The notes below the pieces were generated by a model, which saw nothing but the letters and a program-made list of their open reading frames with translations, had not been told where the DNA came from and did not search any database. A stretch of 64,000 bases of DNA from Candidatus Rokuibacteriota bacterium (lineage in GTDB: Bacteria > Methylomirabilota > Methylomirabilia > Rokubacteriales > CSP1-6). The position numbers and the translations under genes are program-made. The stretch lies in contig QHRW01000019.1 of the NCBI GenBank assembly GCA_003220265.1, forward strand, positions 1,043 through 65,042, written 5' to 3'. Of this stretch, positions 56,673 to 64,000 are shown in pieces (the stretch's first letter is position 1; each line of letters begins with the position of its first letter).

Positions 56673-56695
56673 GCCGGGGACAGCCTGTCCCCGGC
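56673..56695. terminator. bidirectional GC hairpin between convergent genes
   Basis: GCCGGGGACA-GCC-TGTCCCCGGC (10-bp stem) lying between the stops at 56655 (+) and 56728 (-). There is no U-tract. Confidence 0.5.
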
Positions 56696-56727
56696 CCGCT
56701 TGCGAATCACCGATCTCACACGCCAGA

Positions 56728-56982
56728 TCAGCCGCCGTAGCCCCAGTTCCAGCAGGGCAGCCGTTCTTTCCAGAACCAGTCGTCGCACAGAGCCTCGTCG
56801 CAACGCCGGCGACAGTCGGGCTCGGTGAGATTGCTCGTGCACTTCAGCGTCTCGCCGGCGCGGCAGTAGCACGCGCCGAGGAACGTTCGGGGGGCCTGGG
56901 CACGCGCGATCACCGCGCCGCCACTGGCGACGGCGGCGATCAGCAGCAGGCTCAGTCCCGCGCGTCGTGCGATGGCCGTCAT
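56728..56982 (-). CDS. secreted cysteine-rich mini-protein (7 Cys in a ~55-aa mature part)
   Basis: 84 aa. Signal peptide MTAIARRAGLSLLLIAAVASGGAVIARAQA. Mature part ...GACYCRAGETLKCTSNLTEPDCRRRCDEALCDDWFWKERLPCWNWGYGG. The RBS is weak. Confidence 0.55.
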   Translation of the reverse strand: MTAIARRAGLSLLLIAAVASGGAVIARAQAPRTFLGACYCRAGETLKCTSNLTEPDCRRRCDEALCDDWFWKERLPCWNWGYGG

Positions 56983-57010
56983 TGCGAGACCGTACTCGTC
57001 TTCCTATACT
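56982..57010 (+). promoter_or_regulatory. sigma70-type promoter giving a leaderless mRNA for the repeat-protein gene
   Basis: TTGCGA (56982-56987), 17 nt, TATACT (57005-57010). The ATG at 57018 lies 8 nt after the -10 box and has no RBS. Confidence 0.5.
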
Positions 57011-57017
57011 CCCCGGC

Positions 57018-58280
57018 ATGCCGTGGCGCTCTCACCGGCGGGTCGTGTGCGCGCTGTCGGGGCTGCTCGCCCTGGGCACGCTCACGACGGCGGCCGACGA
57101 GCCGGCGCGTCTGCGCCGGGTCGTGGCGACCGGCGACGCCGCGCCGGGTGGCGGCATCTTCGACCGTTTCGGCGCGGAAGCGATGCCGATCGTAGCACCG
57201 GTCAATGCCCGGGGCGACGTCGCGTTCTTTTCCACGCTCGGGCGCGGCGGCGCCGACGAAGGTCTCTTCATGTGGTCGCGCGGCCGCATCACCGCGGTGG
57301 CGCGCGAGGGCGATCGCGTGCCAGGCGTCGGCCGCCTGTCCGGCTTCGGCAAGCACCCCGCCCCCGGGCTCGGCGACGACGGCACGGTGGTGTTCGCGGC
57401 GGCCATCAGCGGCGGGCGCGCGGTCGAAGGTATCTTCGCGGCGCAGGGTGGACGGGTCCGCCCGGTGGCGCTGAGCGGCTCCGCGGCGCCGGGCGTCGCG
57501 TCCGGAACGGTGGCGGGTCTCGACGCGCCCGCGATCAACGCGCGGGGCGACGTCGCCTTCCTGGCGACGGTGCGGCGGGGACGGGAGAGCACCGAAGCCC
57601 TGCTGCTCGCCACGCGAGGCCAGCTCCAGAAGATCGTTGCCCAGGGCGATCCCGCGCCGGCCGGCGGCACGTTTGCCGGCTTCGGCCCCCCGGCGATCAA
57701 CCGGGAGGGCGCCGTCGCCTTCGGCGCCGCGATCGAGGGCAAGGCCGTACCCGGGGGCATCTTCGTCTGGAAGGGCGGACAGCTCCGCATGGTCCTCGGC
57801 GCGGGCGACGAGACGCCGATCGGCGGGATCTTCGCGAAGTTCTCCGAGCGCCTGGGGCTCAGCGACGCGGGAGCGATCGCGTTTCACGGTCTCCTGAAGG
57901 CGGCGCCGGTCGCCGCCGCCATCTTCACGCTCGAGGACGGGCGGCCGCGCGTGATCGCGCGGCTCGGCGATCAGGCGCCGGGCGGCGGACGGTTCTCGAA
58001 CTTCGGTCTCTGGCCGGCGGTCGGCGCATCCGGCGCCATCGCGTTCGCCGCCTCGGTCGATGACGGGCCGAGCCCTGTCATCGTCGTCCGCACGGCCGCC
58101 GACGGGCTGCGTCGTGTGGTCGGCGTGGGCGACACCCTGCCCGGCGGCGCCCGCATCGCCACGCTGACGCTCCTGCCGGTCGTCAGCGTCAACGCGGGCG
58201 GGGCCGTCTCGTTTGCCGTGGCCCCCACGGCCACCGGCGAGGGCCCCGAGGGCGTCTTCCTGGCGACGCCGGAGCCCTGA
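57018..58280 (+). CDS. secreted NxxGxxAF-repeat (beta-propeller-like) protein
   Basis: 420 aa. Signal peptide and about seven ~50-aa repeats GD.APGG..F..FG.P.IN..G.VAF (NARGDVAF twice, NREGAVAF, SDAGAIAF, GASGAIAF, NAGGAVSF, GDDGTVVF). Confidence 0.8.
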   Translation: MPWRSHRRVVCALSGLLALGTLTTAADEPARLRRVVATGDAAPGGGIFDRFGAEAMPIVAPVNARGDVAFFSTLGRGGADEGLFMWSRGRITAVAREGDRVPGVGRLSGFGKHPAPGLGDDGTVVFAAAISGGRAVEGIFAAQGGRVRPVALSGSAAPGVASGTVAGLDAPAINARGDVAFLATVRRGRESTEALLLATRGQLQKIVAQGDPAPAGGTFAGFGPPAINREGAVAFGAAIEGKAVPGGIFVWKGGQLRMVLGAGDETPIGGIFAKFSERLGLSDAGAIAFHGLLKAAPVAAAIFTLEDGRPRVIARLGDQAPGGGRFSNFGLWPAVGASGAIAFAASVDDGPSPVIVVRTAADGLRRVVGVGDTLPGGARIATLTLLPVVSVNAGGAVSFAVAPTATGEGPEGVFLATPEP

Positions 58281-58287
58281 CGCGCCG

Positions 58288-59340
58288 TCAGTTCATGTCG
58301 TAGGGCGGGTACTCGATGAAGACGTTGGCGGCCGTGATGAGCTTGTGCGGCGTCAGCGTCCGCGGTGGCACCGGCTCGCCCCGTAGCATCCGCAGCGCCA
58401 GCGGCAAGACCTCGTAGCCCAGCCGGTCCAGGTAGAAGGCGACCGAGCCGATCACGATGCTGTTGCGATTGGTGGGGTCGATCTCCTTGCGGTCGTTCAT
58501 GCCGCCGTGGATGCTGCGATCCACTCCCTGCCCCACGATGGCCGCGTCGCGAACCCGTCCGGCCGATTCGACGGCGGCCTTGGCGGCCAGAGCGGTGGCG
58601 TCGTCGGTGGCGGCGATCAGGACCTTGCGTGACGCGTTCGCGGAGAGGAACGCCCCCAGGAGCGGCGCCACCTGCGCGGGGTTGCCCCTGGTGTCCAGCG
58701 TGTTCAACCGCGCCGCCGGCAGACGGGCGCGCAGGGCGTCGGTGACGCCGCGCACCCGCTCGGGCACGCGCTCGGCAGCGGCCGACACCCGGCCGATGAC
58801 CACGGCCACCGTCGGCTGCCCCGCCCACGCGCGTGCCGCGAACTGCGCCAAGGCCTCGCCGGCCAGGCGACCGGCGGCGGCGTTGTCGAGGGCGTAGAGC
58901 GGCGCGCCCGGCACCGGCTCGTTGACCGCCAGCACGGCAATCCCGGCGGCCTTCAGCTTCTGAGCCACGGTGGCGTTGGCGGCGGCGCCGCGATGGTACT
59001 GCACGTAGACATCGACCCGACGGGCGATCGCGGCTTCCGCGTTCGCCACCGCGCGCGCGTCGTCACGATGGTTGTCGTAGAAGACGATCTCGAGGGGGTA
59101 TGAGCGGGCGGCGAGTGCGAAGCTCTCTCGGACCTCGGGGCCGGTGAAGCCCGTGGCCTCCAGCGTCACCCCGGGCTCCTCGGTGAGGTTGGCAAAGGCC
59201 ACGACCCAGCGGCGTTGCGCCGACGCCATCAGGACGCCGGCAATCAGGGTGACCGCGACGGCCGCCAGGAGGATCCGGAGCGGCGCGTGAACGCGACGAC
59301 GCCGGCGTTCGCGACGAAACGCCGGCGTCGGCAGCATCAT
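58288..59340 (-). CDS. type I periplasmic binding protein (sugar-ABC/LacI-type fold), membrane-anchored
   Basis: 350 aa. N-terminal Arg-rich region plus a TM segment. PBP-like body with no adjacent permease or ATPase genes. Confidence 0.6.
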   Translation of the reverse strand: MMLPTPAFRRERRRRRVHAPLRILLAAVAVTLIAGVLMASAQRRWVVAFANLTEEPGVTLEATGFTGPEVRESFALAARSYPLEIVFYDNHRDDARAVANAEAAIARRVDVYVQYHRGAAANATVAQKLKAAGIAVLAVNEPVPGAPLYALDNAAAGRLAGEALAQFAARAWAGQPTVAVVIGRVSAAAERVPERVRGVTDALRARLPAARLNTLDTRGNPAQVAPLLGAFLSANASRKVLIAATDDATALAAKAAVESAGRVRDAAIVGQGVDRSIHGGMNDRKEIDPTNRNSIVIGSVAFYLDRLGYEVLPLALRMLRGEPVPPRTLTPHKLITAANVFIEYPPYDMN

Positions 59341-59359
59341 GCTCCCGTAACCGCGGCGG

Positions 59360-60376
59360 CTACTGGATGCCGTCGATGGCGACGAAGTTTCCCGTCATGC
59401 CGACGCCTTTCGGCACCGTCATGTTGAAGAAGAACGTCGCCCGCTTGGTGGCGGCGGCCTCGGCAGCGATCAGGTCCGTCCGCACATTCTCGATGATGTG
59501 GATGCCGTTGTCGGTGAGCAGGATGTTGTGGACGATGAAGGCTTCCTTCGGGTTCTCCCCGGGGATCACCTCCACGACCCAGGTGTCCGTCCCCACCGCC
59601 ACGACCTTCTGCGACACCAGCCAGTTGGCGGCGTCCTTGCCGATGCCCGGGGCGCCGCTGTTGAAGGTCGCGTTCTGGGCCGGGAACTGCTCGAAGAGAT
59701 CGCCCCAGCCCGTGTGGATGATGACGATGTCACCCTCTCGCAGCGTCACGTTGTACATCCTGAGGCCGGCCTGGAGATCGGCGCCGGTGATCACGGTGCC
59801 CTTGTCGAGGCAGGGTTTCTTGCAGGCGGGATTGCTCTTCAGCTTGCCGGCCGCCTGGAACACCTTGACGGCATCGATGAGCACGCCGCGGGTGGCGAAC
59901 GACTTCAAGTGCTCCAGGCCGAGCTTCGTCATGTTGTTCTGGTTGATGTACTTCCCCATCGGAGTCTGGTTGTAGTAGCAATCCTTCCGCCCGATGTGGC
60001 CCATGCCGTCCAGGTGCGTCCCGACGTGGCTCTGGCTGAGCCACGTGTCCTCCATATAGGTCAGCTCGTTCTCGCCGAACGAGGCGCCGGGCGCGAGGCT
60101 GACCGCGGTGAGGATGGTCTTCGTGAACCGGGAGCCGAAGAGCGGGACCCCATCCACCAGCGGGTATGACATCGTGATGACCTTGCCGGTCTGGATCTCG
60201 GCGGCCGCGGCCTTGGTCACCGCAGCGGTGACCCGGTTCGTGGCGCCGGTCTGATCGTTCGGGCCCCACGGCGAGGCCGGCACGATCTTGCTGCAATCGC
60301 TCTGCGCGAGCGCGACCGATCCGAACGACAGGATGACGAGCAGGACACCGGCCCCGACCAGCGCTGTGCGAACCAT
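59360..60376 (-). CDS. cyclase family protein (kynurenine-formamidase-like), secreted
   Basis: 338 aa from an internal ATG with an AAGGAG RBS. Has a signal peptide. HVGTHLDGMGH motif. An upstream in-frame ATG at 60523 (RBS GGAGGGG) is an alternative start. Confidence 0.8.
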   Translation of the reverse strand: MVRTALVGAGVLLVILSFGSVALAQSDCSKIVPASPWGPNDQTGATNRVTAAVTKAAAAEIQTGKVITMSYPLVDGVPLFGSRFTKTILTAVSLAPGASFGENELTYMEDTWLSQSHVGTHLDGMGHIGRKDCYYNQTPMGKYINQNNMTKLGLEHLKSFATRGVLIDAVKVFQAAGKLKSNPACKKPCLDKGTVITGADLQAGLRMYNVTLREGDIVIIHTGWGDLFEQFPAQNATFNSGAPGIGKDAANWLVSQKVVAVGTDTWVVEVIPGENPKEAFIVHNILLTDNGIHIIENVRTDLIAAEAAATKRATFFFNMTVPKGVGMTGNFVAIDGIQ

Positions 60377-60499
60377 GGGTCGAAACTCCTTTCCGGCGGT
60401 GAAAGGCAAGCCCCGAGCATCCGACGCGCGGCGGATCGTAAGCCCGCGGCGCCGCGTGGTCAAGACCCACTGGCTGCTGCGATGCGTCAGGCTGGGCGC

Positions 60500-60529
60500 T
60501 TGACGGCGTGCGAGAAGGTGCATCACACT
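60500..60529 (+). promoter_or_regulatory. candidate sigma70-type promoter giving a near-leaderless mRNA
   Basis: TTGACG (60500-60505), 18 nt, CACACT (60524-60529). The ATG at 60538 lies 9 nt after the -10 box and has no RBS. Confidence 0.4.
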
Positions 60530-60537
60530 CCCCTCCC

Positions 60538-60816
60538 ATGTCGTCGTCCCGTCGCGTGGTGGTGCTGCTCGTGGTTCTCGCGATGCTGATCGGCGTCGCC
60601 ACGCCGCCCGTGATCGAGGATCACGTGGAGGTCGGCTTCTGCAGCGCCGACTGTCCGGTCCAGCATCCCGGCAACACGAGCGCGCTCGCTCCACCGCCGG
60701 CTCCGAGCGCCGCCCGGCGCTGTCCGGCCATCGTGATCGCCGCCGTGCGTCTCGCCGCCGCCGAATCCGGCATCGTCGCGACGCCGGACGCCCCGCGCGC
60801 ACCGCCCTCCGCGTAA
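60538..60816 (+). CDS. small membrane-anchored hypothetical protein with CxxxC motif
   Basis: 92 aa. Very high GC3 in this frame. TM segment RRVVVLLVVLAMLIGVA. FCSADCPVQHPG motif. TAA stop. Confidence 0.5.
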   Translation: MSSSRRVVVLLVVLAMLIGVATPPVIEDHVEVGFCSADCPVQHPGNTSALAPPPAPSAARRCPAIVIAAVRLAAAESGIVATPDAPRAPPSA

Positions 60817-60893
60817 CCCGCTGCTCGCGTCGCTTCAGCTCCCTGCCGGCTCACGCCGGCGTCGTCGAGCCACGCCAGTCAACGGAGAACGCC

Positions 60894-62237
60894 ATGCGCA
60901 CGCACGGACGCCGTTCGATCGCGCTACTGGTTGTCCTTTCGTTCAGCATCCTCACGGGCCCCGCGCACGCGCAGGATGCCGACGTCCTGCGGCGAGAGCT
61001 GGAGGCGCTGCGCCAGCAGTTCGCCACCGTCACGCAGTCGTACGAGCAGCGGCTGAAGGCGCTGGGCGATCGCCTCCAGCAGCTCGAGGGCCGTGCCGCG
61101 CCCGCTGCGCCGGCACTCGCGCCGCCGGCGCCGCGCGCGCCCGCCGTCGATGCGCCGAGCCTCGCCGACCTGGCACGGCCGCGACAACCGTTCGCGCTGG
61201 CTCAGCCGGGCCGCGCGCTGCTGTTCGACATCGGAGTCAGCGGGGATTTCGTGGCGGACTTCACCTCGGCGACGCGCGAGCGCCGGCACGACGGCACCTT
61301 CGCCGGCCGCGAGAACCGTCTCTTCCCGCGCGAGGTCGAGCTGGGATTGTTCGGCCGGGTCGATCCCTACGCGAGCGCCGTGGTGCGGATCAGCGCCGGC
61401 GAGGAGCCGAGCGAGGGCGCGTCCTCGTCGCGCGAGGTGATCGTCCGCCTCGACGAGGCCAACGCAACGCTGCTGGACCTCCCGCTCGGCACCACCGCGC
61501 GGTTCGGGCTGATGCGGCCCCGGTTCGGCACGCTGAACACGATCCACCAGGACGATCTGCCCCAGGTCGATCGGCCCAACGTGCTCAGCCGCTTTTTCGG
61601 CGAGGAGCAGCTGGACGGCGAGCGCGGCGTCGAGGCTTTCTGGGTCCTGCCCGTGTCCATCTATCACGAGCTCTCCCTCGGCATCTTCGACGGGGACAAC
61701 GAGACGGCGTTCGGCCGCGGCTCGCTGCGCGATCCACTGCTCATCGGCCGCTGGCGCACGTTCTTCGAGCTCGAGGAGCGCGGCGGGCTGCAGCTCGACG
61801 CGTCGGCGGCCACCGGCATCACGGCCGACGGCCACCGCAACACCGTGGTCGGGCTGGGCGCCAAGTACAAGTGGATCGGCGCCGGTTCCGGGTTCCCGGT
61901 CCTCACCCTGGCTGCGGAGGGGTTGGGCAGCTTCCGCGTGGTCGATACGTCCGGCGGCGACCGGCACGTCGAGCGCTGGGGCGCCTACGCGTACACGCAG
62001 TACGACGTCGACCGCCGGTGGGCCGCCGGCCTGCGCGGCGACTGGACCGAGCTGCCCGTCGAGCGCGGCCGTGAGTGGGCGCTGTCACCGTACGTGCAGT
62101 TCAAGCCGTCCGAGTTCCTGCGCTTCCGTCTGCAGTACAAGCACACCGAGGGGCGCGGCGTCGTCGAGCGCTCCGCCGACGAGGTGTTCTTGCAGGGCAG
62201 CTTCATCCTGGGCGCGCATCCCACGGAGCGGTTCTAG
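60894..62237 (+). CDS. porin-like outer-membrane beta-barrel protein with N-terminal coiled coil
   Basis: 447 aa. Signal peptide, heptad-like LRRELEALRQQFATVTQSYEQRLKALGDRLQQLEGR, Ala/Pro linker, beta-barrel body, C-terminal ...HPTERF. Confidence 0.65.
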   Translation: MRTHGRRSIALLVVLSFSILTGPAHAQDADVLRRELEALRQQFATVTQSYEQRLKALGDRLQQLEGRAAPAAPALAPPAPRAPAVDAPSLADLARPRQPFALAQPGRALLFDIGVSGDFVADFTSATRERRHDGTFAGRENRLFPREVELGLFGRVDPYASAVVRISAGEEPSEGASSSREVIVRLDEANATLLDLPLGTTARFGLMRPRFGTLNTIHQDDLPQVDRPNVLSRFFGEEQLDGERGVEAFWVLPVSIYHELSLGIFDGDNETAFGRGSLRDPLLIGRWRTFFELEERGGLQLDASAATGITADGHRNTVVGLGAKYKWIGAGSGFPVLTLAAEGLGSFRVVDTSGGDRHVERWGAYAYTQYDVDRRWAAGLRGDWTELPVERGREWALSPYVQFKPSEFLRFRLQYKHTEGRGVVERSADEVFLQGSFILGAHPTERF

Positions 62238-62239
62238 CC

Positions 62240-63175
62240 ATGCGCCCCTTCGGCCGACCACTTCTCTGCGCGCTGGCGATTCTCGCGCTCGTCGCGACGG
62301 CGACAGCACCGCCGGGTGCGCCGGCCCAGTCGCGGCTGCGCGTGCTGGCCACCCTGCCCGACCTGTGGGCGATCAGCCGCGCGATCGTGGGCGACCTGGG
62401 CGAGGTCCAGGTGGCGACGCGCCCCGGGCAAAATCCGCACGATCTCGAGATCCGGCCGAGCCAGATCGTCCTGGTGAAGCGCGCCGAGATCCTGGTGCGC
62501 AACGGCCTCGACGAGGATTCGTGGATCGATCCCGTCATCGAGAGCAGCGGCAACCCGCGGCTGCTTCGTGGCGCGCCGGGCGTCGTCGAGGCGGTCCGGG
62601 GCCTTTCCATCTTGAAGGTGCGCACGGGCCTCATCGACCGCTCGCTGGGCGATGTCCACCCCTCGGGCAATCCGCACTTCACGCTCGATCCCGGCACGCT
62701 GCCGGTCGTGACCGCCAACATCGTGGCCGGGCTCGGCCGCCTTCGGCCCGACCTCGCCGAGCGGCTCGAAGCCAATCGTCGCGCGTTCCTCGACGAGGTC
62801 GCCGTGGCCGGGCGCCGATGGTCCGATGCACTCGCGCCGTATCGGGGCGCGTCCCTGGTGAGCTATCACGATAGCTGGCCCTACTTCTATCGCGCCTTCG
62901 GGCTCGAGGAGCTGGGCGTCATCGAGGACCGTCCCGGCGTGCCGCCCTCGCCGCAGCACCTGGTGACGCTCATCCGTCAGATGCGCGAGCAGCGCACGAA
63001 GGTCGTCCTCGTCGAGAGCTGGTACCCCACGGATACGGCGGCCGCCGTGGCTCGCGCGGCGGGTGCCCGGGTGCTGGTGCTGCCGCAAAGCCCGGGCGCG
63101 GTGAAGGGCACGGACACTTACATCGCGCACCTGGACTTTCTCGTCAGCGCCCTCGCGAAAGCGCTGGGGGACTGA
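62240..63175 (+). CDS. metal ABC transporter substrate-binding protein (ZnuA/TroA family)
   Basis: 311 aa from an internal ATG 2 nt after the previous stop. QNPHDLE, GNPHFTLDP and YHDSWPYF motifs. Confidence 0.8.
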   Translation: MRPFGRPLLCALAILALVATATAPPGAPAQSRLRVLATLPDLWAISRAIVGDLGEVQVATRPGQNPHDLEIRPSQIVLVKRAEILVRNGLDEDSWIDPVIESSGNPRLLRGAPGVVEAVRGLSILKVRTGLIDRSLGDVHPSGNPHFTLDPGTLPVVTANIVAGLGRLRPDLAERLEANRRAFLDEVAVAGRRWSDALAPYRGASLVSYHDSWPYFYRAFGLEELGVIEDRPGVPPSPQHLVTLIRQMREQRTKVVLVESWYPTDTAAAVARAAGARVLVLPQSPGAVKGTDTYIAHLDFLVSALAKALGD

Positions 63176-63770
63176 GCGGCTGGACCGTCCGACGGGCCAG
63201 GCGAAAGATCCGGATGGCCGAGCGCGTGAACAGCGCGGCGATGAGCAGGCCCACGACGATGTCCGGCCAGGCGGAGGCCGTGAGGGCGACCCCGAGGCCG
63301 CCGAGGAGCACGCCGCCGTTCGCGGCCACGTCATTCCGTGAGCACAGCCAGACGGACTGCATGTTGGCGTCGTCGGCACGATGTCGCCACAGCAGCGCCA
63401 GGCAGGCGACGTTGGCCACCAGCGCGACGACGCCGACGGTGGCGATCACGTCCGCCCGGGGCACGACGCCGCGGACCAGCTTGCTGCCGACCTCCGCGAG
63501 GACGACGACCCCGAACGCCGCCATGAGGCCGCCCTTGAGGAGTGCGCCCCGCGCCTGCCAGCGTGGCCCACGGCCCACGACGTAGAGGCTGAAGCCGTAG
63601 ACGACCGCGTCGCCCAGCATGTCGACGGAGTCCGCGAGCAGCCCCGTGGAGTGGGCCAGCAGGCCGGCGAGACACTCCGCCACGAACATCGCGGCGTTGA
63701 TGACGAGGACGAGGATCAGGACCCGGCGCTGCCGCGCCTCGACGACGTGGACCTCGCAGCACTCATCCAT
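63144..63770 (-). CDS. cation diffusion facilitator family transporter (short, membrane domain only)
   Basis: 208 aa. HSTGLLADSVDMLGD and WLCSRNDVAAN motifs. Its 3' end overlaps the convergent ZnuA-like gene by 32 nt. Confidence 0.8.
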   Translation of the reverse strand: MDECCEVHVVEARQRRVLILVLVINAAMFVAECLAGLLAHSTGLLADSVDMLGDAVVYGFSLYVVGRGPRWQARGALLKGGLMAAFGVVVLAEVGSKLVRGVVPRADVIATVGVVALVANVACLALLWRHRADDANMQSVWLCSRNDVAANGGVLLGGLGVALTASAWPDIVVGLLIAALFTRSAIRIFRLARRTVQPLSPPALSRGR

Positions 63771-63816
63771 GGGCTCGCCGACCAGTATGAGGCATGGCGT
63801 CACCGGGCGCATGGCG

Positions 63817-64000
63817 TCAGCGCGGTCCCGTTCGGGACTGCGCCAGGTATTGCGTGGTCTGCCGAGCGATCTGCGCCGCGGACTGCTTGACGTTGCGGTC
63901 GAGGTCGCCGCTGGAGATCACGAAGCGCGCGGCGGCCACGTAGGGATTGAGGGTGCTGTCCGCCTTCGTCTCGACCGAGTACAGGGGCTTCGGCGCGCCG
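63817..64000 (-). CDS. 3' end of a gene running off the window (product unknown)
   Basis: Open frame with high GC3, ending ...VISSGDLDRNVKQSAAQIARQTTQYLAQSRTGPR, with the stop at 63817-63819. Translated by hand; it is not in the ORF track because it is truncated. Confidence 0.45.
   Translation of the reverse strand, partial: GAPKPLYSVETKADSTLNPYVAAARFVISSGDLDRNVKQSAAQIARQTTQYLAQSRTGPR

Noticed and set aside
60377-60523. Upstream in-frame ATG (60523, RBS GGAGGGG) as the start of the cyclase gene
   Set aside because: It would add 49 Arg-rich residues in front of a perfectly good signal peptide, which itself starts at an ATG with an AAGGAG RBS (60376). I kept it only as an alternative start. 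The opposite-strand ORF 60538..60816 also has better codon bias in part of this stretch.

Overview
Very GC-rich bacterial chromosomal segment: third codon positions are almost all G/C, so the six-frame track is full of long spurious and antisense ORFs. It is densely packed with about 67 protein genes, many joined by 4-nt ATGA/GTGA start-stop overlaps. The host is diderm (NodT-type lipoprotein, several beta-barrel OMPs ending in F). I found no rRNA, tRNA, CRISPR array, transposase, integrase or phage gene.

Contents, left to right:
- A cold-shock gene with a structured leader.
- A translationally coupled phosphorelay operon: hybrid kinase, five receiver domains, Hpt, and a small Zn-ribbon protein.
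- Small secreted proteins, two of them behind sigma54-type promoter motifs.
- A long catabolic island: DMSP-lyase-like cupin, BHMT-like methyltransferase, Dpp/Opp-type ABC importer, three opine/sarcosine-oxidase-like flavoproteins, and a divergent DddP/creatinase-like M24 enzyme.
- A decayed MFS gene.
- A regulatory module: GAF-GAF sigma54 activator, then a sigma54 promoter, then a Nif11/NHLP-leader-like mini-protein and an ECF sigma factor.
- An RND efflux operon (pump-adaptor-OMF) followed by two coupled small secreted proteins.
- A block of Tat-exported hydrolases, amidase, amidohydrolase and a MATE pump.
- F420-type enzymes (2 LLM, PPOX, DDN-like), a ThDP enzyme and assorted metabolic genes.
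- A Cys-rich secreted mini-protein next to an NxxGxxAF-repeat protein.
- A zinc-type cluster: porin-like OMP, ZnuA-like SBP and a CDF transporter.

Most notable observations:
1. A thioredoxin-fold gene is interrupted by a single in-frame TGA exactly at the redox-Cys position, with a SECIS-like hairpin downstream. It is a probable selenoprotein that the ORF track splits in two.
2. A two-hairpin palindromic element occurs twice. One copy is expanded into six in-frame 48-bp tandem units inside a flavoprotein gene. The other supplies the C-terminus and stop codon of an LLM oxidoreductase.
3. A sigma54-to-ECF sigma cascade includes a RiPP-leader-like mini-protein but has no maturase genes.
4. Three gene-inactivating lesions are visible: an MFS gene, a CoA-transferase gene and a cytochrome c remnant.

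All family assignments rest on motifs read by eye and on recalled family knowledge. No database search was run.
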